Of a stretch of 64,000 nucleotides of DNA, positions 1-12,298 are shown piece after piece. Source of the DNA: Paragordius varius (taxonomy: Eukaryota > Animalia > Nematomorpha); contig OZ176051.1 in assembly GCA_964247055.1 (NCBI GenBank), positions 8,494,001 through 8,558,000 on the forward strand, given 5' to 3'. The notes beneath the pieces are model-generated. The model did no database searches and was not told the DNA's origin. It was given only the letters and a program-made list of their open reading frames with translations. Position numbers and translations under genes: made by a program. Within the stretch, counting starts at the first letter, position 1. Each line of letters begins with the position of its first letter.

Positions 1-893
1 TTTCGAACTATAGAAACAAGATGTACAGATCTGGCTTTTCAAATTTTTAATTTTATAAAAAAAAATGTTTTTCAGAACGGATAAAAAATTCAGTTATAAT
101 ATTATTTGAACACTGAAATATTATAAAAAAATGTTTTAAAATAATTAGCCCAACTTGTCCAATAATATTGATATTTAAAGGATAGTATATCTTAAAAATT
201 TTATTTAAAGATATTTTCTTCTGTTTGAGGTTATCTTGATAATTTTTTAACATTTTTCTTTCTATGGTTCGATTATAACGCCTAAATTCTATATCTACAT
301 TTTATCACCAATTACTTTAAACCATTGCATAGAAAATAAAATAATAAATAACTCAATATATATATCTTTAAACTGTAAACTTATTTGTTGGACAAAATTA
401 ACCTGTAAAAGTTAACTATGGCACAATATCACTATGTATATTTGCTGATTCTTTATATGTCATAAAAATTTTTGCTTGAGTTTATTCTTGATCAGAAGAT
501 TTTCTCATTAGGTGTTTGGTATAAATGTCAAATTTTGTAGATACCTTTGCTTACCGTGTTGACAATAAAATTTTGTCTGTTTTTTTTTCAGTTGATTTTA
601 AAATTCGAGGTTAGTATGATAATATTGTATTAAAAATATTAACACATTTTATATGTTTTTCACACTTCCAACTATTTTAAAATAGTCACTAAATTGTAAA
701 CATTTAAAAAGTATAAAAACATAGGTATAGTTTCTTTTCTTCTTTATTTCAAAGAGGTAATAGATTTAACTGTGTAACCGGCTTTTCCTCGGTGCCCTAA
801 GCTCTGATAAATAATTTGTATCAGGATTAACCAGTTGAGTTTTTACCTTCATTGTTTACCAGATATAGGCCTCATTTATTTAATGCTTATAAT

Positions 894-1188
894 TACCATT
901 TGCAGTTCATATTCAACCTCGAACAATTCAAATTCACCCTTGAACAATTTGGATTCACCTTCAAAATAAATTATGTGTTTTTGAACTAATATAACTCATT
1001 ATTAATATAAAATATATCTCTATGTCATAGTTATTTTTTTAGTATTATTTTAATTTAAAACAAAATTTTATGTTTTATATCTATAAAAATATAGGTAGTT
1101 TTTAAAACACATATAATTTATTTGAGGGTGAATTTGAATTGTTCAAGGGTGATTATTTGTTTAAGGGTGATAAGAATTGTTAATGGTA
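894..1188. mobile_element. Foldback MITE with TA-flanked CCATTT...AATGG ends and subterminal ~21-bp tandem repeats
   Basis: Begins TA-CCATTTG, followed by repeats of GAACAATTCAAATTCACCCTT. The inverted copies (AGGGTGAATTTGAATTGTTC) lie at 1125-1170 and the element ends AATGG-TA. Same architecture at 28306-28580 and 28811-29137. Confidence 0.65.
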
Positions 1189-1589
1189 TAGAATATGACC
1201 AAATAATCATTGAATCAAGCCACAAAACATATAATGGTTAATGTTTAAATGCAGCTCCGTATATATTATGTGCATTCAGCACCGTTATAAAAATAATTTC
1301 GTCCACAATGTTTGTCACATTAGTAAAATTTATTAATTTTGTATAAATGAAAACGTCAAACTTGCTAAATAGATTATCTGAAAACAATTTGAATACAGTA
1401 AAAATCGAATATATAACGTAAATATAACTAGTAAAGACTAAGCCTTTTACCAAAAATAAGTAGGTGGCATTATATAAATCGTATATCACTGTTGTAAAAT
1501 ATAAGTTGATGCATAGATAGGTGCAATACCATATTTGCCACCAGAATAAAAATATTAATTGAAAAAAGTATTTTTTATCTAACATCCCA

Positions 1590-2620
1590 TTACTTTGTAT
1601 TAGATCCTAGAGCGATTATTTTGAATATCTCAAAAATTAAAAGTATTATGCTGAATTTAAAAATATGCTTTCGTCAGAAGCGCATTATACAAAAAAATTT
1701 TAAACATTTTAGCCGCCATTTTTTTCTCTATAAATTATTTGAAGCATCAGTCAAATGAATGTGTATTATGGTTAAAAATGTATATAATTAACTTTAAGAA
1801 GCTTTAACAGCAAAAACTTGAATATTTTGATTTTAATATCAGCTTTTCTTTCAATCGTATTTGGAGCTGTCCCGATTTAGACTCTATAAGTCACAAAATT
1901 GTAAAAAATATAAGCTTTTTTATGTAATACATGTGAACAATGTTTGATAATTAAATTTTAACTAAAATAATTTTCAAAACATTGGTTTACGCACATAATT
2001 GAGCTCTGCGACATAAAACTACCCCAAGAGGTAAACTAGGACAAAAAGGTGAAAAGATATGGAAATGTTAAAAATGAGTAGTGTTTTATAATAATCACTT
2101 AATCGTTTTTCCTTTTTAGGATAATATTCAATGTTTTTTACTCATTAATCAATTAAACATTAATTGCATGCCGATCCCAAACTAGTTACGGCTTTAAAAC
2201 TTCATTACATTAAATTTTTTATCTGCGTTGACATTTGGATAGTGAGAGTTTTGAAAATTTAATACCCTTATCTCTTGTATTAGATTAAAAACATAGAATT
2301 CTTACAGTTTTTTAACTTCTATAGTCCCGAATTTGAATAAATCCGTGATAGAAGCAAACAGCTGATATTGAAATTAATAATATTAAACATTCTGAGTTAA
2401 TCATTTATATTTTACCATAATATACATTTGACTGTTGTATTAAATTCAAAAAAATAAAGAAAATGGCGGCGAAAAAGTTTGAGATTAGGTTTTTATAATT
2501 TATATTTTTAGAATATTTTTGTATTATGGGCCTAAAAGGCTAAGGAAAACATATTTTTAAATTTGGCACAATACTAAAAATAATTTTTTAGATATTAAAA
2601 TTTACATAACCCTGGGTATG
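1590..2620. repeat. Old, diverged long inverted repeat (foldback relic)
   Basis: Inverted matches TTTTAGCCGCCATTTT (~1707) / AAAATGGCGGCGAAAA (~2460) and AATATCAGC (~1836) / CAGCTGATATTG (~2359). Ends are poorly defined. Confidence 0.35.
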
Positions 2621-3405
2621 TAGTGTTAATTATTAGAAATATACGTTATATTATACACACTTTTTAAATGTTTTTAACGAAAATTGGATATAATTTTTAA
2701 AATTAACCATTTAAATTGGGAGTCATATGATTGGAGATAGTTTTCAGGGTTCCGGGTGGGCTAATATGTTGTAGATTTTGAATTGAATCTTGTAAATCAT
2801 TGGCCATTTTGCATCTGAAATATAAAATAATATAAAACTTATTTTAAGGGTATTTTATCGTATTTTGTTCTAAGGGTATTGAGTCGTAATACTAATATTA
2901 AATAATTTAAGGTAGTGTGTGCAAATATGTACATTTGTTAAAAAATTTTGAGACCATGTAAGGTGATTTTGTTTGATAAAAACATAAAAAGCACAAGGCA
3001 AGAAAACAGGATTCTATTAATTAGAATAATCAAGTATATGCATAAACTAATTAAGTGTACCATCAGGCCTATTCACCATGGCTAAGAAATGCTACGTATC
3101 TCATCTTATTTTGTTAAAAAGTAACTTACCTCGAAAAATGATTATTGGTTTACGTAATTCCAGTTTTTTACTTCTGATACCTGTTAAAAACATTGTTCTT
3201 AACAATTAAAACTATCATCCTTAATAGCATAAAATTGGGTGCAATAGGGTACTTTAAAGAATTTACAAATTTATAAAAAGGGTTTCCAACAAACGTGAAA
3301 AGCTGCCTTAATTTAAAATTTATAAATATGTAATTTTCGAAATTAATATCGGCTTAATTAGCGATAAATATGGCGTTTTTGTAGAAGCTAATAGGCGTGA
3401 AGGAA

Positions 3406-5071
3406 TCTATATATTTATAAAAATGGAAAGGCTTTGTGTCAGTTAAAACCGGTAGACCCGTTTAAATCCAAAAAATATAATCATTAATGAATGCCCCGAC
3501 TATAGCTTAGCCCTTTTTTTTGAATTAGGCCCCCAATGGCTCACCCCGTCTAAAAAACGGGTTTTTTCGAAAACACAAGTCCACAAAAATCGTGTCTTTG
3601 AGACAATTTTCCGGAAAACGTGTTGGATACTTTTTTTCGATTGCCCGAATAGTCGGCGCGCCTTTTTAATTTAGGCTCTCTTTTTACCCGCCCCCGTAAA
3701 ATGCCACTTTGTCCACAAAAATAATTTTTTAAATCTATTTTTGGCCCAAGGTATGAGACCGTAAAAATTCAATGAGGATTTCAGGTATTTCCTATTTTAG
3801 TCCAGCGTTTCTTTTATATTGGCTGCTGGGTAAGGAGATACCCGCCAAAAACTGACCCGTCATCGGAATAGCGTGCTTTGGGTCTAAATTTCAGAAAACC
3901 TATTAGGCCATATGAGTTCAATAGCTGCTTAAAATACCCGTAACAAGGCAATAGGTAGGGGCGGTTTTTTAAAATTAGCCGTTAATTAGGCCCTTCACGC
4001 CGTGAAAAAATGCGCCACAATAGAAGGATTTTTTAGTTGTAAGGTAATTTTTCCAAAAACTAATGAGAGCATATGGAATCAATCATGATTCCAAGTATTA
4101 TCCGTAAAAAGGTACAAATTTTAATCAAGCACTTTTTTGTATCAGCCTCTAGGTAGGGAGCTACCCGCCTATAACAGCGCCATCATATCGATACAGCATG
4201 CCTTTGGAGCCAAATTTCAGAAAACCTATGAGTCTAATAGGAACATATGGAATCTATGATAATTCCATATATTCCCCATATTAAGGGAAAAACTTTGTCC
4301 AGCGCTTTTTTATACCTGCCCTGGGTTAGTAGCGGCCAAAAACTGTGCCACTATATAGTATTGGAGCTATACGGAAAATTTATGAGGCAGGCCATATGAG
4401 CTCATTAAAAGCTTGTATTACCCGTAACTAGGTAAAAAAAAGTCAAGCGTTTTTTATTAGCCGTTAATTTGGGGCCTTTATGCCCTAAACTACGCCATAA
4501 TATAACGATAATTTAGCGCTGAGGTATTTTTTGAATAATCTATGAGACGATGGTATCAAAAGTGATCCCAAATATTTGCCCTATAAATGCTAAGCTCACC
4601 ATATAGGTCTATGGGTAGGGGTCAACCGGTTTAAATTGAGACGCCATACAAAAATGGCGTATTTTTGGAGCTAATTTAATATTTGCATACGAGTTCAGTT
4701 AACCACATTTCTGGGGATTGTATAATATCATTCTTTACTTTGAAATGGGACCACAAATGATTTACTCTTTATATCCCTTGATCCCAGATGTGTGAACACA
4801 ATCTCAAAATAAAACTTTTAACCATGATTTCGTAAAACAAAAATCTTAAAATAAATCCAATGATAGTTGAATATTAACTTTAATAAGGCAGTTTAAATAT
4901 GGTCAATTTCGAATAAACAATATTTGAGCCTATGCAAAAACCCGTAAAAGAAAAAATAAAGATATTCTTTTTATTAAATATGTTTTTTTACTTCTCCATT
5001 ACCTCTATTTATTGCGAATTATTAAGAATAGGTGACACTACGTCACGGCGAAGCGTGACAGAGCCACCTAG
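3406..5071 (+). mobile_element. Non-autonomous Helitron (family 5' end, distinct 3' end)
   Basis: A|TCTATATATTTATAAAAATGG at 3406 is the same 5' end as other family members. 3' hairpin GTCACG-GCGAAG-CGTGAC (5042-5059), then AGAGCCAC and CTAG|T at 5068-5072. No TSD; A|T target. Confidence 0.75.
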
Positions 5072-6700
5072 TAATCCATATATTTATGAGAATGTGGAAT
5101 AATGACGAATCAATTTTTCAAAAAAGTGAGGAGCCATACAAATAAAAATGAATTTTTTATTCACATATAAATGGATAGGGTAGAACCATGTTCTTAATTA
5201 GCCCCTCGGTTAGCCACCACGTGTGAAAGCAGGGGTTCAAAAATACGGCTACCAAAAACTTTAAGACAATTTTTGGGAAAACGGCAAGGATCATTCATAT
5301 TCAATATAGGAAATTTTTATTAATTTATTAGTGAACCGAACATATTTCATCCATTCAGCTCCACTTCTGTAAAATCACATTTTTGCAAAAAAAAGTTAAT
5401 TTTTAAACATATATAGATATACAGTTTAGATTCCTTTCTAAAGAGTAAGGACTTAAATTTGCTACCGGACATGTGAAGGCTTACATTCGCCCTCCCAGGG
5501 CTGATAGTGATGATGGAAAAATTGCGTAGTTTTAGGGTTTGAACTCTGGCACGCGTTGTAAGAGTATATTGAAAGTAAATCAACCTAATCTCTCGCTTAA
5601 AATTTAGAAATTTTTTAGTTTAACATGATTAGCAATACAAATAAAAGCCTAAATCAGATCTGATTAACAAACGATTTAAGAAAAAGTCCAACCGGTTAAT
5701 GCTAACGGTTCCAATATTTTTTTCAATATTTGAAGAAATAGATTAAATGTCAACTTATCAAACAACCCTAATGATTATGAGAATTATACAAGTGTACCCT
5801 TTGGTGATAATCTGAGTTATTGTTAAGCCATTATTAAAAAAAATATGCTTTTACACTATATATATATATTAATTTAAAAGCAGGGGTTTCCAACATGCGG
5901 CCCTCCAACACATTATGTTAGCCTGCGAAAAATTAGAATACCAACATATGTACTAAGTCTTAGTAAAATTATTTTTATACAAATTTTCTATATAAGTCTT
6001 TCGAATTTTGGCAACCAACCAAGCAAAAATGGCTGAAATAATTATTAGTTTTATTGTCTACCCATACTTTTTTACAGTAGTAATGCCCAAATATTTAAAT
6101 CTGGCTCGCCGCTTTTATTCAAATGCGACACGTACATCTTATTTGTGTTGGGCTTCCATGATATAAAGCATAAGAAATTTATCCAAACTTTTGGGATAAT
6201 TGCTTTGTATCAGAAAGTGGCAAAATTAGCGCACATCAAATTAAATAGAGTTTTTTGTTAAAGCTAAACACATTTTAAACTATTGTTATTATGAATCATA
6301 AAATATAATTAAAGGAAACAATAATTAAATAATTTTTTTGGCTGTTGGCTTGAAAAGTCTCAAATTTTTAAACCCCTGTATAATTTATAAAATAAACGCC
6401 GAGGGATCGCGTCATTAACATTCTTTAATACATGCCAAATTTTGCCATCAATTTTTTTAAATGAATACTTTTGTTGTAACCAAATTTATCGATTTAGAAG
6501 CATGGGACTGTAAAAAATTTATCAAAGAAGATTGGATGAAGATATCTATCACCTCAAAGGTATAAATGTTTCGTTCATCTTTGATCAAAGTTAAATATAA
6601 ATAATATTTTTAAAAATACTTAATTGAAAAGCACCCAAATCTTTTGATAAACTGAAAAATAAAAATTAGCAGCATCCGAGGTGGCCTAAAAATTGAAATA

Positions 6701-7756
6701 TATATGTTCTTATAGGAAAATGTATCTCAGGATTATCATGGGGCTTTTGGTTTTGGGCCTTAGGAGTGATTTAAGAAAGTCACATATTTGTGGTAAATGC
6801 TCCATATCAGAATATGGGAAAATTTGCGCACATTAAATAACCTTTCTAATGAATGCTAGAGGTTTCATTTCAAAAAATATCAAGATATTATAAACTACAT
6901 ATAAAAAGCCAAACAATTTCAAAAAGGTATTTTTAGATGTGGGCTCCGTCCCAAATATTTTCTTCTAAAATCGGATATTCCTCTGAAAATAAAAGCATAT
7001 ATGCCGAGATTTCGCAAAAAAACTTTTGAATATATTCGATATACAAAAATACTATGCATATTTTCAAATTTTAATTTTTAGCAAAATTTGGCTGAAGCGT
7101 AATTCATACTAAATTGAGTCATGATAAAAACGGTTTAAAAACGTTTCAAGATATCATAAAGGCACTTTTTATATAAAATTCGTTGATGCTGAACATTTTT
7201 ATGACCTCAGAATTTCGATTAGAATGTTCTTTCGTCTTCAAATTTGTGTTAAATAAATTGTGATATTTTAAAAAAAATTCACGAAAATATAAATAGAAGA
7301 AGTGTTCTTGTAATATTTTAAAACAAACCGTTTTCGTGACTCAAAATAGTGTGAAGTACGCAACATAATTTTGCTAAAATTAACTTTTTGAAAAAGGATG
7401 CATTTATTTAATTTAAACTTTTTATTGCGAAATCCGGCGTTTTTGCTTTTAAGGGGGCTAACCCATTTTAGAAAATTAAAATTATTCATAATTTTCGGAA
7501 CCCACATCTAAAAATTAAAATGTTTTAAAAATATTGTTTTGCTTTTTATATGTAGTTATAATAATTCTAAATGATATTTTTTGGAATAAAGCCTATAGCT
7601 TTCATAAAAATATTATGAAAAAATGTGCGAAAATTTTGCCATTTTTTGATATGGAGTATTTACCATAAAAGTGTAAAAATTTTCTTAAATCACTCGTAAG
7701 ACCCAAAACCAAAAGCACTATGATAATCTTAATACATTTTCCTATTAGAATATATA
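6701..7756. mobile_element. Foldback/MITE with ~300-bp terminal inverted repeats
   Basis: Left TTCTTATAGGAAAATGTA...GGTTTTGGG...GAGTGATTTAAGAAA...CTCCATATCA...TTTTTAGATGTGGG is mirrored at 7495-7756 (CCCACATCTAAAAA...TGATATGGAG...TTTCTTAAATCACTC...CCCAAAACC...TACATTTTCCTATTAGAA). Related arms at ~29143-29350 and ~52820-52950. Confidence 0.7.
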
Positions 7757-7963
7757 TATTTTACCAAGTTATTTTTTATGTACATTATATTTATATAAAC
7801 ATAAATTCGCATAAGATTGAAATGAATGATTACCAAAACATTGAATAACAATTTTAATAGTGCCAGAGATTTAGCACATTTCTTTTTGGGAAAAGATTAA
7901 ATATAATTAAAAGGTCGATATATACTGTTAATACCATACCTATAAGTATCAGTAATTTTTATA

Positions 7964-8552
7964 TACCATTTGAACTTGAGTGTCCTTGAACACTTCAAGT
8001 TGGTCCTTCAACATTTCAAGTTGCTCCTTCAACTTCTTAAGTTTGGATTAAACCATAAATTTTGTATAAATTTAATTATTTTTTTAACCAAATTTTCTTG
8101 ATTAATTATATATTTCTTCATTTAAAATTAAACCAAATTTTGTATAAATTTAATTATTTTTTTAACCAAATTTTCTTGATTAATTATATATTTATTCATT
8201 TAAAATTAATATTTTTCATTTAAAAAAACCCCAATTTTGTTTCGAACTAATTTTTTCCAATTCAACAATATTATTCAATTATAAATGTTTTCAACTAAAA
8301 AAACTGTAATTAATAACCCTAAAAACTTATTTTTTCGATTATTTTTTTATTATTAAATATTTTTTAAGAAAACATATACGTTTCCTGAATAATTAAAACA
8401 TATTATTGATTTAGAGTTTGTAATTCAAGAAAATAGGTCAAAAACGATAAAATAAATCTAATCATACACGGTTTGATCGATAATTCTAAAAAACAAATTA
8501 TAAAAGTAGAAGGACCAACTCGAAGTGTTCTATGAACACTCTTGAAGTGCAA
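7964..8552. mobile_element. Diverged relative of the CCATTT foldback MITE family
   Basis: Starts TA-CCATTTGAAC with ~20-bp tandem units (CCTTGAACACTTCAAGTTGGT). Inverted copy GAAGGACCAACTCGAAGTGTTC at ~8510-8530. Right terminus is degenerate. Confidence 0.4.
8048..8210. repeat. Tandem duplication, ~78-80 bp x2
   Basis: AAATTTTGTATAAATTTAATTATTTTTTTAACCAAATTTTCTTGATTAATTATATATTT occurs twice in direct succession. Confidence 0.85.
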
Positions 8553-9175
8553 TATATGAACAGTTTTTGTACTATGCTAATTACTGTATCCCCGTCCATG
8601 TGCTTTTTGAGTTTCGGATCCAAATGACATTGTTATTTAATCAAATAATTATAATTATGATTTTGTGTCAATTTAAAATTTATTGTTATTTTATTAATGT
8701 GTAATAACGGCAAAGCATTAACATAAAAGCCATAATTTTGTGATAATGCCACTTTTCTCTAAAAATTTAAAAACTATATTATTATAAATCAACATAAAAA
8801 TTAAATTTTTGGAACCGTTTAGGACTTATTTAACAAGGGTTTGTAAAAAAAGCTTGATTCCAGGGACGTACCGAGGGAGGGGGGCAAGGGGGTGCATCAT
8901 GCCCCGGGCGCCGTTATTTAGGGGCGCCTAAATGATTTTTTAAAATTAAATTTTAATTATGCAAAAATAATAAGAACTTTCAAATGAGATTTTTCAGCAA
9001 TTTAGGTAATAATCCCTAAAGTATATACTCTATTATTCACCTAATTAGTACCATAAAACGAGAATGAATGAACATTGTTGAGAGGGGAAAAAGAAAAATT
9101 TAATATGATAGATTTAAATGATATAATTGATAATTTTGCAATAAAAGCCAGAAAAATTTTTGTTGTTGTTGTTTG

Positions 9176-9433
9176 CTAAGGTCGATTCCGACTAACTGCA
9201 TCATTAAAGATATAGCTTCTCCATTCACTGCGATTACCGGATCTGGTGTTTAGTTCGGATAGTGATTGGTTGGTTTCTTTGAGGATGTTATCCATCCAAC
9301 GAATTCGTCTTCGCCTTCTTTTTCGGGCACCACTCACTTTCTCCAGCATCACTGATTTTTCAAGTGAGTTGGCTCTCATAATGTGCCCGAAGAAGGAGAG
9401 TTTTTGCCGTATTAAGCTGCCTAGAAGTGACAT
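9176..9433 (-). pseudogene. LINE ORF fragment: RTE C-terminal region
   Basis: KLSFFGHIMRANSLEKSVMLEKVSGARKRRRRRIRWMDNI resembles the RTE/BovB C-terminus. Confidence 0.85.
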
Positions 9434-9698
9434 TTCTGGGTTAATTTTATTTAGATTAGTGGTGTTTGAAACTTTGTCTGTTTATTTTGTTTGAAGAAGT
9501 TTCCTCCAAACCCATAATTCGAAAGAATTTATTTGACGTTCGTCATATTTTTTCAGTGTCCAGCTTTCCCCCCCATACATGAATGTGGGAAAAACTGTAG
9601 CTTTGATTAATCTGATTTTGGTTTGTAGTTTAATGTCATGCGACATCCAAATCCTGTTATATTTAAAAGTTACTGCTTTAGCAATAGCAATTCTTCCT

Positions 9699-10301
9699 TT
9701 ATTTCTGGCGTAGAGTTGTTCTCACTGTTAATAATGTATCTAAGTACGTGTAGCTGCTAATTGTTTCGATCTGGTTGCCGTTGAGGATCATTGGATTGGT
9801 TTGAGCCTGATTTATTTGCATGACTTTTGTTTTTTCGAAATTGATATTTAATCCAAATTTTTTGCATTCAGTTGTAAACACTTGCAAGGCTTGCGATAAT
9901 GTGTCTACACTGTCTGCGAATAAGACTGTATCATCCGCGTAGTGAACGGATGTAAGTAGGTTTCCACCTACATTGATGCCATAAGTTTGTGGGATGTTTC
10001 TTATAATGCACTCCAGGTATGCGTTAAAAAGAATTGGTGATAAAACGCATCCTTGACGGAGGCCGACTTGTACCTTACATGAGTCAGATATACCGTGAGG
10101 TGTAGACATTACAGCCGTGGAATTCAAGTAAATTGAGAATATGACGTTAATTAGATGTGTTGACACTTCAAGTTGTTTTAGAGCTTTCCGTAGTTTATTG
10201 TGCTGTATGGAATCAAATGCTTTGGAAAAATCGACAAACATACGCAATTCTTTGTTAAATTCGATGTGTTTCTCGATTATCCACCTCATATTACATATCA
10301 T
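9699..10301 (-). pseudogene. LINE ORF fragment: reverse transcriptase core
   Basis: FVDFSKAFDSI, QGCVLSPILF, YADD, GLNINFEKTK. Confidence 0.92.
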
Positions 10302-10648
10302 ATCTCGGCATCCTCTACCTTTTCGAAAACCTGAATCGTGGATATCTCGGGGTCAAGAATGGTATTGAGTCGAAACTGTATTATTTTTAGGAAAACTTTG
10401 GACACCAGGTTTATGAGCGCTATGGTGCGATAGTTGTCGCACAGTTCTGGGTTACCCTTTTTTAAAATCGGAATCATAATGGATGTGCACCAATCCTCAG
10501 GAATTTTTTCCATCTTAAATATGGTTTGAAATAATTTGGTGAGTATATCGATTGGAATATATTTTATTATTTCAGTAGGGATGTCTCTGTGGCCCTCTGA
10601 TTTGCCGGTGCTAGAGTGTTTTATCGCGAGGTCCACTTCTTCTTTCAT
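10298..10648 (-). pseudogene. LINE ORF fragment: RT N-terminal subdomains
   Basis: KIPEDWCTSIMIPILKKGNPELCDNYRTIALINLVSKVF. Confidence 0.9.
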
Positions 10649-10781
10649 AATAGGTGGTTCTTTTTGTTGAGTACGTTCGTTAATAGTCGGGGGGTTATTT
10701 ACATTGTATAGTTTGCTTATGTGTTTATGCCATAGTTTGTGAATTTCATCTTTTTCAGTGACGATGAGTTGTTGTCGTTTC

Positions 10782-11405
10782 TCATAGGTCCCTTATAAAA
10801 AACTTTTTTGTGTGGAATAATATTGTTTGCATGGGCAAAAAGGTTTCGGTTATTTTTGGCTCTGTTTCTAATTTTTCACATAGTTGGTCATAATACTTAA
10901 TTTTGTCCTCTCTTGCACTCTTCTGAAATTCACTGTTTAGTTGTTTGTATTCATCCCATTTGCATTTGATTTGGGATTCTCTACGTTTTTCTGCAATCTC
11001 GAGACTTTTGGTTGACAATTTTATTTTTTGTTTAATGCGTTCGAGAGGCCGAATAAATTCGTCGGCTGTGTCTCTGCAGATTGTATATATAGCGTTCCAA
11101 AAGAAGTTTATATCCTGATAGTTTTCGGAATTATGATCAAGACAATCGAAACGATTTGATAAAGCGGTCCTAAACTTGTCGTCGATTGTATCATAATCTA
11201 ATCTTGTTCTGGTGGGTTTGGATATTTTAGGAAGTTGTAATTTTATGCAGAGTTTGGCGATCAATAGGTTGTGATCGCTGTAGCAATCCGATCCTGGTAG
11301 GCATTTGACATTATGAAATGAACTTTTGTATTTTACCATACCTAATATGAAGTCAATTTGGTTACGGTATCTTTGACACGGGGAACGCCATGTGTATAGA
11401 CGTCG
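10782..11405 (-). pseudogene. LINE ORF fragment: AP endonuclease C-terminus and linker
   Basis: In-frame upstream extension RRLYTWRSPCQRYRNQIDFILG, then SDCYSDHNLLIAKL. Confidence 0.88.
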
Positions 11406-11616
11406 TATATATTTTATCTCTTAGTTGCTTTTTTCCTTTGCAAGTTATATAATCTTCACACAATTAATATTTTATTAAATAAATTGCATTATAATTCTGT
11501 TAAAATTGTATTGTAAAATTCGCTTAGATTTACAATTATTTTTTAAATCATTATTGTTCGCCATTATCATAAGATCAATTCAATATATGCAACAAAAACA
11601 TTATTTTTATATATAA

Positions 11617-12298
11617 CTAGCGTAGATCTCGTGCTGCTACGCAGCCCGAAGTCCTTTGAACTTCTGGGGGGGTGGGGGGGGCTATTTGAAAAAAGGGACA
11701 ATAAAATGATCCACATATGTGAATTATTTCGAAACATTATTTAATAGCTATGATCTCATAGGAATTTCAAAACGGTGCATACATACTAATTTATTGTTTA
11801 TATTGTCAACGAGAACGAATTTTTTATGTTAAAATAATAATTTGTATACGAGAATACAAATTATTATTTTAATATATTGTTTACTTGGGGGAAAAATAGA
11901 TTCAAAAAATTATTTTTGTGGACTTAGTTTTTTGAAAAAAATGGCATTTTACGGGGGGAGCGGGTAAAAAGAGGGCCTAAATTAAAAAAGCGAGACGACT
12001 ATGTTCGGCGCAATCGAAAATAACTAAACAAAAATCATATTTGAAATTGAATGGCCCAACACGTTCTCCGGAAAATTGTCTCAAAGACACGATTTTTGTG
12101 GACTTCTGTTTTCAAAAAAAACCCGTTTTTCACACGGGGTGGGCCCGAACTGGGGGCCTATTTCAAAAAAAGGACGTAGCTATTGTCGGGGCATTCATTA
12201 ATGATTATATTTTTTCGATATTTGGATTTGAATGGGTCTACCGGTTTTCCGGTACCAGATCACAAAGCCAGCATTTTCCATTTTTATAAATATATAGA
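11617..12298 (-). mobile_element. Non-autonomous Helitron, solo copy (682 bp)
   Basis: Minus strand reads A|TCTATATATTTATAAAAATGG ... GCTGC-GTA-GCAGC-ACGAGATCTACG-CTAG|T. Confidence 0.85.

Larger units (their letters stand above)
9160..11430 (-). mobile_element. 5'-truncated, frameshifted RTE-clade (BovB-like) non-LTR retrotransposon
   Basis: APE C-terminus (RRLYTWRSP..RNQIDFIL..SDHNLL), RT motifs (FVDFSKAFD, GLRQGCVLSPILFN, YADD), C-terminal KLSFFGHIMR..LEKSVML..RWMD, and a (CAA)n tail directly after the stop (TTG repeats at 9160-9174). Confidence 0.93.

Noticed and set aside
1238-1585. 115-aa hydrophobic ORF
   Set aside because: Its F/I/Y/L bias is expected from AT-rich codons. There is no recognisable motif or convincing splice context, so it is left uncalled.
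5230-6378. hAT-like ends CAGGGGTTCAAAAAT (5230), CAGGGGTTTCCAAC (5881) and TTTTTAAACCCCTG (6378)
   Set aside because: No matching 8-bp TSD for either pairing. These are probably real relics, but the boundaries are unsupported.
9246-10368. Plus-strand ORFs 9246-9494 and 10141-10368 (also minus-strand 46890-47123 and 47936-48118)
   Set aside because: They are antisense to LINE coding sequence.
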